Source: Harriotta raleighana
Taxonomy: Eukaryota
Assembly (NCBI GenBank): GCA_050575255.1
Contig: JBNZDD010013566.1
Span: 1,296,353 to 1,360,352, forward strand
DNA: 64,000 nucleotides
Direction of reading: 5' to 3'
Every line of letters begins with the position of its first letter. The first letter of the stretch is position 1. The notes beneath the pieces were generated by a model. It made no database searches. It was given only the letters and a program-made list of their open reading frames with translations, and was not told the origin of the DNA. Below, piece by piece: positions 12,801 through 26,419 of the stretch. The position numbers and the translations under genes are program-made.

Positions 12801-15076
12801 TAGCCTGGTGGATCATAGGAGGCAACTGGCAATAATCTCCCTTTGTGTATCTTGTAATCTGTGTCACAAAATTCTAATGCACGTTCCCCCTTTAATACTC
12901 AAATTCACAATAACTCATTGTGACAAATGAGACAATGGGAATCATTCTCTGTTAAAAATTGAAGTCAAGGATAGTCTGAAGGGCTGCCAGTATTTTATGC
13001 TCTCATTTTTCCTTTGTTTTATTTCATTTCTCCCCTTCTGCTTTTCATGATGATTGTTATGATTTTTATATATGTATCACTGAGAACAAAATGTCTTAAG
13101 AAGTGAGATGAGGGCAGCAATGCATTGTCTGGGCTCAGATAACGTGACTAAATTATTAGTGCAATAATTACATGGAGCATTACGCCTTGGTAAATAGACC
13201 ATTCAGCCCAACTAGTCCATACCAGTAGTTTACATCATCTGAACAGTTGTTCTGCATTTATCTTGACACAAAATTTAGGAAATCCTACTTCTTGGGCTCC
13301 CCATACACGAGATCTGACTCCATATTACAAAAGATTGGTACTAGGGTGAATGGATGTCAATTTAAAGCTTCTCGAATAATTGTGCAAGTAATGTGGTGAC
13401 ATCAAATGTTTGCACATGCATGAAATATTAGATTTATGTTTGCGATTTTTTTGTCCCCCAAAACAGTAAAGAAACGGGGAGAAAAACCCTGGAGTATAGT
13501 CTCCTGTTATTCCAGAATATACTGTTCTGTTTCACAATGATTCTGATACATTTGTCCTCTAAAAGTAGCAATGGTTGGAATCATACCTCTAAGTTCACAC
13601 TGCAATTTTAAGCTTCTGGAGCTGTTATAAAAATAATGGTTGGTGGTAAAGTCAGAAATTACTTTTGTTTTCATAGGAGTCTGAAAATATAACTTGTGTC
13701 TTTTGGCTTTAATACATTTGTAGGAACATTGTGGCAAATTAAAATAGTGAAAATGAAACAAGTACTAATTTAGAAATTTAGAAATATTTGGTTTTAATGG
13801 CTACAAGCAAAAATGCAAACTGTATATGTTTTGTCTGTGTTATGAGGCTATTATTTAGGATCCAGTTCACAAAACTTATCAATGGAAATCTGTTAGTTGG
13901 CAATTGGGCTAGTTGGCAAAAATTAATTCTCCCAACCCCCACCCTCCCTTACAATACTGCAATACAGTATACAGTATAGGCTGTTCATTTTTGTATATTA
14001 GCAGTTGGAGAGATGGAATATTAATTTTTTGTGTGTATTCCCCACATTTAACTGTTTAAAGCCTTTCCTTTTCTTCCTTCCGCTGTTCCTGTCCTCGAAA
14101 CATTCAAGATACAATACTTCAAAGAAAGCTGTTAGATTGTTTGTTATTGTTCATCTCTGTGTGGAACATGCGTCTTTTGTTGAATGACGTGCATTAAGAA
14201 TTAAGTTTCTTTCTCTTCCTTCCCCTTTCTCCCTTTTTTTCTCTACTCCCTCACTGTCTTTAGACTTTCGTTCTCCTTTTTCACTGTGACAACAGTTTCT
14301 CCCTTTGTGTCATTGTGATCTTTTATTGGTGTCAGTGTTGGTGATGTTCTTTGTCTTGCACAAAATGTAATTATTGCCCTGTTAAAATCTGCCACCCCTG
14401 AGCTAATTATATTCTTTATTGATATAACAATGAATTCATCGTTTCATCAGAGTATTCTTCTTTTCACAAGACTACTCTATGAAATCTTCTTCATGGTTTG
14501 TATTTAAAAATGTTTCACAAAATGTTTAAATTAAATATTGAGATTAAATTACATACAAAGGCACTACACAAAATGCTGAATTAAATTTAAAATGATCTAA
14601 AGAACCAGAATTGTATGGAGTAAGGATATTTCAATAAACATAAGCAGATTAATTTATCCTTTTAATAGCTTAATCGTTTACATTGCTATGAAGAAGAATG
14701 CGTTCAATTTGATGGGTATGTAGATAGAATTCCTTTATTAAATGGGGTCTTGCTAACTTTTTTCTCCTGTGGTTCTTGTTGTTGTTGAATAGCCAGCATA
14801 GAGGTGCAGTAGTACTGTCTTGTGCCATTCCTGATTAGTACAATATTAGTAATATAATTAAAAGCATTTGAAAATTCTTCTTAACAGAGAAAAGAACAGA
14901 AGAATTAGAAACTAAAACTGATCAACATTAAAAATAGTGCTGATTATTTTGAAAATATAAATGGTCAAATGTAACTGCATTCTCTTCCCTGGGACACGTC
15001 ATGGTGTCTGATATCTGTTGAGAAATCCTGTTGGACGTATGTAATGACTTACAATATCCATTTTGTAACTAAATCC

Positions 15077-15392
15077 GAGTCCTGTAGCTCAGTAGTTTGA
15101 GCACTCGTCTTACAAGCGTAGGATCTGTGTTCGAATCAAGGCAGGTCAGGGCGAAACCTTGGGCATGTTGCCTTACTCCACACGCCTAATAATAACGCCT
15201 CAAAAAAAAACCACAATAAGAAAATCGGTCATTTCAATCCACAAATGTATGTGGAACATTGCTGTGCGCAAATGACTGCCCCGCTTCACCCACAAATATA
15301 CAGTCAATTCATTTTACAGTAGATTCTGTGAAATACTTTTGAGAAGTATAAAAGATGTGAAAAGTGCTATATCAAAATGCAAAGATTATTAT
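15077..15392 (+). mobile_element. tRNA-derived SINE, full length
   Basis: GAGTCCTGTAGCTCAGTAGTTTGAGCA (A box), GTTCGAATC (B box), body shared with 42838, tail AAATGCAAAGATTATTATA. Confidence 0.92.
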
Positions 15393-17284
15393 AAATATCG
15401 AAATGTTTGCAGTGGTATGTTTTGATAAAAAAGGATGGAGTTTGCAAACAAAAAATCGCTGGTAACATCATATTATGCAAATATTAGTTTCATAGCATCC
15501 TCCAAAGTCATGATAGTATACAATAGCATTGGAGCAATACCAAGAGATAAAAGAGGTCAGTTTGCTTGTAGAGAAATTCATTTATTAATTTATTAGTTTA
15601 ATAAAGAGAAAACAATGCGAAGCATTTTTAGGCAGGAACTATTCACAAAGTGCTATACTGTATTAACATTCATGGAGTCAGAATTATATTTTATTAAACA
15701 CGTTACCATCAAGAGTATTCATGCCCAGTGCGTTCCAATATACCATCTTTCAAAGGCATAAATCCCACATTCACAAAGTGGGAGAGTCTTAAACATTTTA
15801 GGGCTTTATTGCTTTTCTTAAAAAAAACTAAAGTACAGTACTTAAATATTTAACAATACATGTGTAACTTGAAGATAATTGAAGACCATTTAAAATTATG
15901 CTACGAGCAACAGGTCCTTCTAAGTAGTCTAGAATTATACTGGAATTTAAATTGTTCCTAGCAAAAGACTATTCTATACTGCATACACTTGCAAACCTTT
16001 CAAATACTATATTGCCTGAAAAATGATGAACAAAAGCATACATTTGGCAATCTGATAATTTTACAAAGACAACGCAGAGCTCAGAACACTGTAGACGGAA
16101 GATATAAACGGGCAGACTAATGAGAACCTTTAGCTTCAGAACATCAACGCTGCATTTTGATTTGATTTGGATTGTAGATTACCTCTTTTTTGGAATGAAG
16201 AAATGAAAGTTAGTGTTTTAATATTTAACCTCCAGTCATGCCTTTCAGTGAGAGCATCAGATGGAGTAAGATGTATCAAGCAAAGAGAATCCTTTAGATC
16301 CCATTGTACAACGCTGTTATAATCATTTACCATTTACTAGCTGTTCTGACCTTTCCTCCTTCATTAGCCACAGGAAGTGCAAATGCTTTCAGCCAACCTT
16401 GTAATTGTTAAACTGCCATGCCATTGCATAGGTGAAGCAGAAGAATTTGTGAAAAAAAATCTGCTTTAGTCTTTTGCAATAAAATAACCTTTAGCAGATT
16501 CCTCAGAGAGCATGTTTCTAACCACAATCAATTGTAATCTTCGATTCAAAGGAAGAAAATTAAATTTATTTTGACATTAAGCAATTGTGTCCTTTATTAA
16601 ACCCAAATGTGCTGTGATTTAAGCCCATACAAATTGAAATATACAGTATTAGCAAAACAATAAACAATATTTGCCACCATTACCTTCCCACAAAAGGTTA
16701 GTGTTGTTCAATTTACAATTAACTGATGTAAAAGTGCAAATCAGATTCTGGCAAAAGCCACAGCCATTAGAAAAACTTTTAATATATAATCAACAGACTT
16801 ATAAAATTGTGTTTATGTGCTCCAGTGGATGCTATGAAACAGCTTTGTTAAATATCCTTATTAAAGTGGACATGCATAACATTTCTTAATAATGAACACC
16901 TGTACAGCAGCGTACAACACTTCTATGTACTGTATTTCTATATACAGTACTGTAACAGGACTAACTATTTCAAGTGAAGCCTGACCGATGTGAGATGCTC
17001 CAAATGGGTTAATTGATGTCAGCATTGATTGTCAGCAGCACTTCTCTCTCCTGGCCTTCCCATCATGTGAACATTATCTAATGTAACGTACAGCCAGTCA
17101 GAGCTGAGTAGCCAGCGAAGCCAGCAAATTCTACTGGTCTAACGGAATAGTCTTATCCATATATAGTCTTATAGTTTATAATGAAGTGATTGTTGAGGGT
17201 AGATTTTGTCTCTCTGATTTCTGGATAGGTAATTAGGTGGCAACCACAAACTTTCTTTACAGATGTTTATGAACTGTGCACATA

Positions 17285-18163
17285 CAGTAAAATCTCGTTT
17301 ATCTGCAACTCGATGAACTAGAAAACCCGTTCACTGCCGCCTCAAAAAAAAGTCCCGATTCGATTAACCATAAGTTATCCGCAAATAGTGATGACGCATT
17401 TAATGAATGGACTGTTGCAAGCGAGTGCAGTACTCGCGGGTGCAGTACTCGCAGTAGGCGTGTCTAAACTGGTGAGACTCTCAGAGCCCTGGAGCAGCAG
17501 CCATTTTTACAGGTGAGAGAGAGGGACACACAGATAGAGGGACACCCATACACAGATAAAGAGACAGACACAGATAGAGAAACACACACACAGAGAGAGA
17601 CATACACTCAGATACAGAGAGGGAGGGAGATACAGACAGACAGAGACATACACAGACACACATAGAGAGAGAAAGAGGAGGAGAGAGAGGGAGAGACAGA
17701 CAGACTCACACACACAGACAGAGAGACACACACCTAGACACAGAGAGAGAGAGAGAGAGACACATACACATACAGAGAGAGGGAGAGAGAGAGACCACAG
17801 AGAGGGAGAGAGAGAGATCACAGAGAGAGACAGAGAGAGAAAAAGTCACGGTTTTTCTTACCTCGTTCGCTTTTATCTGTTAATGGAAACTCACGCATAG
17901 TGATGCTTGTCTAAGCATCACAACACAGAAGTTGCTACATTGGTCAATTTGACCTAAATAGGTTGGGTGAGGGCTGCGATTGCAAAGTTAAGTATAAATA
18001 AAAGTAGCAATACAATATTCTGTTGTTATTTAGTCTTATTAATATAGTATGTGTTAAAATAATTTTTAAATTATTATTTTTTTTTTAAATCTGTTCAACC
18101 GGAAAAACGGTTTAACCGCCACTGGCCAGGTCTCGTGGGTCCTGAATAAACAAGGTTTTACTG
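17285..18163. mobile_element. MITE family A, subtype A2, with (GA/CA)n core
   Basis: TA|CAGTAAAATCTCGTTTATC ... GAATAAACAAGGTTTTACTG|TA; arms colinear with 37875-38257, with an extra ~470-bp block including a microsatellite. Confidence 0.92.
17514..17842 (+). repeat. Compound (GA)n/(CA)n/(GACA)n low-complexity tract inside MITE
   Basis: Directly visible; almost devoid of T. Confidence 0.95.
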
Positions 18164-18419
18164 TATATTGATGTAATTTAATATTACAGCTACTCTTGTG
18201 ATTTCTAGAAACTTTGTAAATTTAAATTAACATGTCTTAGTGGGGGGGAATGTAAACATTATAATAACAATAATTCATGGTATGACTCTTCTATGATATT
18301 GGCTCTGATACCTTTATACTACAGACATATTTCAGATCATTGAGTGGTATACAAATGTGCTGTCGCACAAAGTGAAAGTTCCCGAAATTAAGAAAAGCCA
18401 AGGATTTTAGGTTTGGGGA

Positions 18420-18772
18420 AGTCTGGTGACACACAAAGTTAGTACCTGTACGTACACTATTCACCTCTGGGATTTGAGTTGAAGTCTAATCTAGACTTCT
18501 CTCTGATAGATCTAAGAATGAAAAAAGAAGTCTCTGCCAAGTATTTTTTCATCACCGCTGCTCAGAATTGGACACAATTTTGCACTGAGTAAGAGGTTCT
18601 CACTCAGAAGCCATACAAACCGGGATTAATTTAAGGAAAGAAGGCAATGTGGGATGCTCAGGTTAAGGTTCAGAGATAATTGTTTGGAGCAGTTTAGAGG
18701 GAGAATTCTGTTTGTTCTAACTCATATAATAATTGAGCTGAAAATATAACAATCTGACATTGGATGCAAAAT
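18420..18772 (+). mobile_element. LF-SINE-like ancient SINE relic
   Basis: Ordered motifs TTCACCTCTGGG, AATTGGACACAATTTTGCAC, TTCTCACTCAGAAGCCA and CAGGTTAAGGTTCAGAG..GGAGCAGTTTAGAGGGAG resemble my recollection of the LF-SINE consensus; not aligned. Confidence 0.5.
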
Positions 18773-18775
18773 GCA

Positions 18776-18882
18776 TTTTGCCCGTAAATAAACAGTCAAT
18801 TCACTTTACAGTATATTCTGTGAAGCGCATTGAGATGTCAAGAAGACTTGAAAAGCACTATATCAAACGCAATGATTATTTA
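18776..18882 (+). mobile_element. tRNA-SINE 3' fragment
   Basis: ACAGTCAATTCACTTTACAGTATATTCTGTGAAGCGC is identical to the body of the 27547 and 42838 copies; the tail is present. Confidence 0.9.
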
Positions 18883-19007
18883 TTAATATAAAACCAAATG
18901 TGTCCACCAGCACTGACATTTGTTGCCCTGGTGGTGAAAGTTCATTGATGTAATAAAACTTCTGTAACTATTGGTGCAAAACATTCTCAAAGAGGAAAAT
19001 GCTTTTA

Positions 19008-19238
19008 TAATAAAAAATAATCCTTGCATTTGATAACTCACTTTTCACGTCTTCAAGACGTTTAAAGCACTTCACCGAATATATTGTAAAGTGAATTGAA
19101 ATGACCAATTTATTAGTTTTTTTTTGACAGATTATTATTAGGCATATGGAGTAAGGAAACTTGTCCAAAGTTTTACTCTGCCTGGATTCGAACATTCGCT
19201 TGTAAGGCGAGTGCTCTAAACACTGAGCTCCAGAACTC
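19008..19238 (-). mobile_element. tRNA-derived SINE, internally deleted
   Basis: AATCCTTGCATTTGATA tail, GGAGTAAGGAAACTTG, CTGGATTCGAAC (B box), CACTGAGCTCCAGAACTC head. Confidence 0.9.
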
Positions 19239-19670
19239 TACAAACAATTCTCCAACTAGTTACGGATGTTAGTGCATTTCTGATTTCATCATTTATAGGA
19301 AACATCTCCTCTAGATTATACATTATTGTGACTAAAACATAGGAATTATTCATACTCTGATTATTCATATACATACTTGTGTATAAAAGTCAAATTCCAA
19401 CTCTTTCTTTCTGATTGTTGATGACATAATTCATGGTTACAAAGAAGGAAACAAATTGCGGCTTTAATCCACAGCAAATTGTTTTATAGATCTGGAGTTT
19501 ATATGACCTACATAGTACTGTACCATGCATGTGTGACTTTCAACCATAATGAGTCAGCGTACTTGATACAAAGAAAATGAAATAAGTTAAGATTGTGTAA
19601 AATGTATTGACAGCTGATGATGGGTTTGTGGCTTTGGCTAGGAAATACCAGACAGATGGCTATTTTTTTA

Positions 19671-19757
19671 ATTCCTGTGTCATGAGATGTTGAGTCAGAA
19701 GACTAGTTTCTGTAATTCCTGTCATGAGCAATTGAGTCGAGAGACTGGTTTCTGAAT
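19671..19757 (+). repeat. Two-unit degenerate tandem repeat (~42 bp)
   Basis: ATTCCTGTGTCATGAGATGTTGAGTCAGAAGACTAGTTTCTG / ATTCCTGTCATGAGCAATTGAGTCGAGAGACTGGTTTCTG. Confidence 0.85.
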
Positions 19758-21831
19758 AGATGTCATAAGGAAGGTTTTTTCCTTCCCAACCCCCTCCATA
19801 ATAACTTGAGGAACTAGGAACTGAGAGATGCAAATGTGCTTCACAAAGTGGAAATTTCTGGTGTGTCAGTTGAAAATCCTGTCGCATGTCATCACTCTGC
19901 CTCTTGTGTTACTATTGATAGCAATAAACTTTCCAAGCTTCTTTCCTTAGCCTCAAAATGGAAGCTGCTGAACAGTTCATTTAATTGAGCTTCTGTCTTT
20001 CTGTCCAACGGGTGCTGCCTTAAATCCTACTGTATTGTGAGATAAAGCCTCTTTAATCAGTGAAGCAGTGAAGCAAATTAGTTTGATTTGGAGAATTAAG
20101 GAAAATCTAGTCCAAATGACTAGTCCAAATGACATTACCTTATTTTTTGTGGAAAAAGTAGGTAAATTTAGGAAATGGAAAAGGAAATTTAAGATGCTAT
20201 ATATCTGTAATAAACTGGATTGCCCTTGTCAGTCAGCCTATTGAAAAATACCTGCATTTGACATTTATATTAAATGTTGCCAATCTCTTGGGATCTGAAT
20301 CCATTTTGTTCCGGTGTGCTAACTTCCTGAAGTCCCTTTGCAAAATATAACTGATCCCTTCAAAACGACCTGCAGATTTTGCTGGAGGACAAAGGGATTC
20401 TTTTTTAGAAAAGGATAACATTTAGATACTTGTTGGCACAACCAGTATTCAAAAAATGTCACACATAACTGCACAGATTTACACAAGGAGTGCCTTTCTG
20501 TCCCAAATGTGGTATTTAGATTTAGACATGACACCAAAGAGAACAACATAACATTTCTCTGACAAAAGTCTCAGAAATAGAATCATTGCATATTAATACA
20601 AATATTTATTTTCAGAGAAAAAAACTAAACTAAAGTTTTAGTTGCTAACATGAATGAAGGAAAGGGATGAGTTTCTATAAATGGTGATTGCTGCCTCTTG
20701 TATCTGAGTATTTTCTACACAATGTATTTATAAAGTGTCTCATAATGTGCAATATTCAGAATGCATTTCAAATCTATTTTTCTGTCCACACTATTTTGTC
20801 AGAGCTGAGAAGTTGTATGTTTATCCTCAAGTGTAACACAATACTAAGAAATAGCTATGAGTACCCCTAAAATAAAGTAAGTTAACATTAGTCTTCAGAA
20901 GTTCACTATTACACATGTGGTGCTAATATTCTGATGACCAGTAATGAATGTAGCCTGTGATAATCCCATTTGGGTTCTGGGGGAGGAGGACAATTTTCTT
21001 TTTTATTGAACGGGAGAAATAAAATTTTATATTTTGAATGGGAGAAATGATTCTATTTATATGGTGGATAGAATCAAATGCTCAGGCAAATCTTTCACAT
21101 GTTCATGCAAACTGAGGAACTGTGTGCTTCAAATTCCTGGCTTCTCTGTATTAAAGCCATCTAGTTTGACTTGGGTGTATTGGTTAGTAATGTTATAAAT
21201 TACCTTCATTACCTATCTATTTTTATTTGATGAAAGTGTTACAATGCTTGTGTAAGAACTGACAAGTGCTGGGAAAAGCAATGCATGTGATTATAAGAGA
21301 TTGGCAGAGTAAAATAACACAGGAGGAATTTGATTTTGCAGAATTATATTTTATTCAGTTTCAGATTCAGATGTGATGTTTCTACAGAACTCATTCTAAC
21401 TAAGGTTTTTTGATCAAACTTCAGAGTAAGGCATATATGTACTAAATGTTTTTATGAAAAATTAAATATGATTGTTACAAAAGCTCCATGTAATAGGAAT
21501 TTATCACAAATTATTTGACAGTTATCCTGTAGGGCTATTTTTGTTACACTTGTGCCAACATCTTAAACAATCTTATACCAATGCTGACATCTTAAAGAAA
21601 TTTAAACTCTTACCATTTGGAGCAGCCATTTTTCTGTCAATTCTTAACTTCTAGACTGGTGGAAGCATCGAGAAAGAAGTTGTAGGTGAAACGCAGGTGA
21701 AAGTACTGAAGTGTTCTCATGTATAAACACAATTAGTGGACTGCCTTAAAATTGGACTCAAACAGCACCAGGAATATTTTAATCTATATTCGGAGATTGT
21801 TTCTTGTGAAATGCGTACCCTCTAACACCAG

Positions 21832-22750
21832 ATAATAATAATCCTTGCATTTGATTTAGCGCCTTATCATGTTCAAACATTTCAAAAGTGCTTCACAGTT
21901 TTCTGTAAGGTGTTGTGAATGTATTTTGTAGGTGAACGTGGCAGCCAATTTGGGCACAGCTTTGTCTCATGAACAACCATGAAGTGAATGCATTTTACAG
22001 TAAAACCTTGTTCATCTGTGACCCGATCAACCGTAACCCGAATCAATTGCTCGACTCCCTCCTGGGGCAATTCCCCATTCCAGAATCACGAGTTTGCTCA
22101 CTTTGCGCATGCGTGCGAATGCGCACTTAGTAAACTTACGCACTGGGATTTTTTACCGATCGGTAAAAAATGCTGTTTTACCGATTTTTTCCCGACTCTG
22201 CTAGAATGCTTTGTTGGTAAGTATCCACACAATATTCTGTTACTATGTAGTCTATTATTAACATGGTATGTTTTAAAATAAGTTAATTTTTTATGTTGGG
22301 TTTTTGGTGACTTGTCCCCGTTTGTCCGGCACATTCAATTAGTCGACCCCCCCCCCCTCCGNNNNNNNNNNNNNNNNNNNNNNNNNNNNNNNNNNNNNNN
22401 NNNNNNNNNNNNNNNNNNNNNNNNNNNNNNNNNNNNNNNNNNNNNNNNNNNNNNNNNNNNNNNNNNNNNNNNNNNNNNNNNNNNNNNNNNNNNNNNNNNN
22501 NNNNNNNNNNNNNNNNNNNNNNNNNNNNNNNNNNNNNNNNNNNNNNNNNNNNNNNNNNNNNNNNNNNNNNNNNNNNNNNNNNNNNNNNNNNNNNNNNNNN
22601 NNCCCGAGCGTGCCGGATAAACAAGGTTTTACTGTATCTGGAGGATTGTTGGCCAAGATACTAACATTGGGAGAAAAACTTATTTTCCATTGTTGACATG
22701 GAATCTTTAACAGGCTAGAACAGGTAGACGGAATCCCAGTTTAACTCTAT
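21832..22750 (-). mobile_element. Deu-domain SINE split by a MITE insertion
   Basis: Tail ATAATAATAATCCTTGCATTTG and GGCAGCCAATTTG lie at 21832-21995. The element resumes after the MITE with TTGTTGGCCAAGATAC..CATGGAATCTTTAAC..CAGGTAGACGGAATCCCAGTTTAAC at 22637-22750. Confidence 0.75.
21998..22634. mobile_element. MITE family A, subtype A1 (contains N gap 22362-22602)
   Basis: TA|CAGTAAAACCTTGTTCATC ... GATAAACAAGGTTTTACTG|TA; highly similar to 50226-50633. Confidence 0.95.
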
Positions 22751-24665
22751 ACTTGACTGAGTGTTTAGGCAAGCAATGTTGCTTCCATTTCCCCCTGTAT
22801 TAAACCTGGGCCAGCAGGAGGTACACCAGATCATCTTTAATGTCTCTTCCAGACTCTGCATATTTTTTGCAAGACCTCTTTGAATCTCCCTCCATATATA
22901 TTATATAGCTCTTGTTGCCAATAAATGTTTTTCAGAAATCTATTACAGTATATCATTTTGATGAGGCCTGCCTCCAGTTTCAGGTTTTATCCTTTTATGG
23001 GCAGGTACACCACAAAATTAGGATCAAAACTTATATATTGTAGCATGTAGCATATTTTATTATTACTTAGATCAATTTAAAATGTTTTTAAAGTGTTGTT
23101 GAGAAACTTGAAAATAATTTGTCAGTTTCATCTGCTGCAGGGATACGTGGGAGGTTGTGTTGGGGTGGGGGAGGTTGAGAGATGTTTTAGCAACTATTAT
23201 TTCTGCCCCTGTTTTTTCGTATTCACTGTAGCTTTTTATTTCAAGCCAGAAGCCCTGTGACTATAATATAATGCAATAGTATATCTACTCTCTGACCTTT
23301 ACATTTACGGTGACACTCTTTAGAGATACTAGAGTTGCTGAGTTTTGCCCGACTCCAGCCCTGGACTCCATAGCCTGCTCCTCCCCCTGCCTGGGAGCTC
23401 TGTGGCAGTAACCCAGCGACCAGTACATTCCCCAATGACAACTGTCACACAGCCATTTAATCATTACCGATTCTTCTAGAAGCTATGGGAACAACAACAA
23501 TAATTTAATAATCTTAAAAGCTAGCACTGATTATTGGTACTCTGCCTTGGCCAGTGCCATTAGAAGTGTGCATTACTGTACAATATATGCATTCTGAGAT
23601 GCTGTCTGGCATGGAGGGTGCTATATAAATCAAAGATGTTGTTGTAAATCTAGAATTTTTCTCGCTTTGCGACTGGGAGTGATAGGACGTTGCTTCCAGC
23701 AGTATAAACGGGACATTTAATTAATACTGTAGTTATATTTATTGCAAAGCAAGGATTCTCAACCAGACTATACTTCAGTGAACTCTACAAGGGAAATTTA
23801 AAATTGAAATCTAATGAGAAACACCTATAATAATTCACTACCACATTATTAGTATTAAAAGTTGAAAACAAATTATTGTATTAGGAAAGTTCCAGTGTAG
23901 TCATGTGCAATCAGTGTTGCTTTTGAGCATGATGGCAGTTGCGTCTTCTCAGAAAAGGATTTATTTATTTAGAGTTTATCCGGTGTACGCACCCAAGCTC
24001 TCTTTCACACTAACAAACAGGCATTGCTCAACTGACTACCCTTCGCTTCCCTTCACTTGTTAAGGATTTTCAGAATTTTCAACAGTGAAGCAGGAATTTG
24101 AAACCATGTAAGTGCATAACTGGGACAGCAATAAATTGATGTTGAGTGAATACTTTTGTCTGAATACATTCAAGTGACTTCAAAGAGCACAATGGATGAC
24201 TGTGGCAAAGCGTTTACCTGATTCAGATGCTGGATTTTTGCCCATTCAGCGGGACAAGCATTTTAAACTAGGATTTATTTCCTTTATTAAAAACAACAGG
24301 ATGATAGTCTTATAGAACATTTAAAGTCACTGCTTATCTATGAGTCTTCATGAATGATTATCTCCAATGCAGACCAAACAAATTGAAATGCTGTGTTTGC
24401 CTAAATAGTAGAATCCCCGCAACAGAAAATGTGATCTTTATTGCACTCAAGTTGTTTCCCTGCTCTTATGGAGATGCGTTTCTCTAAGAAATATGGTATT
24501 TTAATTTTAAAAATATTTTTATGTTTAATATTCCTATGTTGTTACTTTGCCTAAAGTTTTTATTTAATTGTGACCACCCGTTTTTCTGTTTCCTACATAT
24601 AGCCTCCTACTAACTTCATTAGTTGTGTCGAGATGATACTATTTAATTGATAATGGTTTAACATA

Positions 24666-25808
24666 CAATAAAACCTTGTTCATCCAGCACCCTGGCCAGT
24701 GGAGGTTAAATGGATTTGCGGTTGAACGGGATTTAAAAAATAATAATTTAACAAATATATATATTTTTTTTAAAATTTAAAAATATTTTAACATGTACCA
24801 TATTAATAATAGACTAAATAATAACAGAATATTGTATTAGTACTTTATTATTTATATTTATCTTCGCAATAGCAGCACTCATTCGACGGAGGTAAAACAA
24901 AACACGACTTTTAAAAGGAGCAGGAACGAGGTTAAACCCGACTAGCGGCCAGTTCACACACACATAGACACACATACAGACAGACACACAGTCACACACC
25001 CTCAAAGATATTCAGTCTGAATCCATCATATAAATTCTGTCCACAACCCTCACCACCACCCCCACCCTCTCCCTTTCCTCTCTCCCTCCCCCTCGCTCTC
25101 TCTCTGCACCAACCTGCCTGCATCACTCTCTCTCTCTCGCTCCATTATGCTTTCCCCATCTTTCTCTCTCCCTTTCCCCTATCTCCCTATTTCCCCCCCC
25201 TCTCTCTCTCTCTCTCCGTTTCCTCCATCTCTCCATTCTCCCCACCCTACCTCTCTCTCTCCCCCCCTCTCTCTCTCTTTCCCCCATCTCTCCATTCCCC
25301 CCACTCTCCCTCTCTCTTTCTCCCCTCTCTCTCCCTCTCCTCCATCTCTCCATTCCCCACCCCCCCCCCCCCCCCCCCCCCCCCCCNNNNNNNNNNNNNN
25401 NNNNNNNNNNNNNNNNNNNNNNNNNNNNNNNNNNNNNNNNNNNNNNNNNNNNNNNNNNNCCCTCTCTCTCCCTCTCCTCCATCTCTCCATTCCCCACCCC
25501 CCCCCACCCAACTCTCTCCCCCTCTCTCTGTTTCCTCCATCTCTCCATTACCCACCCCCCTCTCTCTCTCTCTCTGGCCGCTACCTGCAGCAGTATTAGT
25601 ACTTTATTATTTATACTTAACTTTGTAACGGCAGCACTCATCCAAACGAGGTGAAAAAAAGGAGCAGAAACGAGTTTAGACCCGACATTAAATGCATCAT
25701 CACTATTCGCCGGATAACTTACGATTAATCGAATCTGGACTTTTTTTTGAGATGGCGGTTGAACGGGATTTCCGGTTATTCGAGTCACGGATAAATAAGG
25801 TTTTTCTA
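24666..25808. mobile_element. MITE family A, subtype A2, with CT-rich cargo (N gap 25387-25459)
   Basis: TA|CAATAAAACCTTGTTCATCC ... GGATAAATAAGGTTTTTCTA|TA (slightly mutated TIRs); colinear with 39548-41381 once the CR1 is removed. Confidence 0.9.
25050..25575 (+). repeat. Polypyrimidine minisatellite (unit approx. CTCCATCTCTCCATTCCCC(CT)n) with poly-C run
   Basis: CCATCTCTCCATT recurs at least five times; poly-C precedes the N gap. Confidence 0.92.
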
Positions 25809-26419
25809 TACATACATATTATGTAGATATCATAATGTTCATAATTAAATATGACTTATTGTACTCAAAAGAAAATTGCTCTCTGAAAAAACAACTAATA
25901 TACTGTAGTAAGCATGACCATTTATTTGATTGCTACAGAAATAGAATTTGTTTTTATCAAATTAGAAGGAATGTGACTATTATACTAAAGTTAATTTCTA
26001 ATCAATGTTTACTTTTTTTAAAAAATTAAGGTTGCTGATGATATTCAGAGAGTTGGGAATAGGACTGTCTTATTAAATAAGATGTTTTAAAAAGTGACTA
26101 CTATTTGGCAACCAGCTCTCAACATGTGCTAAATTGCACATGCTGGGGCTCGCCTTACTGCCAGATTGGAGTGATTCAGTTAAAATTAACATTCACTGAT
26201 GGAAGGATCCCACATAATTTCTCTTGTATGAAAGGGCATCAGATTCCTATTTGTGTTCAATATAAAAAGGCTATATTGGGAAAACTTCTGAATAGTGTGG
26301 AACCTTAAATTTAACAATCTTCTGCCCTTTGTTCAGCTACCCTATCTGGAGACAAACTCCAGATCTTTAAACAAACAGAATCAGATTGGAAAATTAAAGA
26401 CATTATAAACTAGACACAA

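Noticed and set aside
15077-15150. tRNA-like sequences (also 27547, 42838, 58006)
   Set aside because: They are SINE heads continuing into SINE body and tail, not stand-alone tRNA genes.
17481-17821. Cys/Val/Leu/Ser-rich ORFs
   Set aside because: Translation of the GA/CA microsatellite.
25123-25788. ORFs of 100-221 aa (Glu/Arg/Gly- or Pro/Ser/Leu-rich)
   Set aside because: Translation of the CT minisatellite and N gap inside a MITE.
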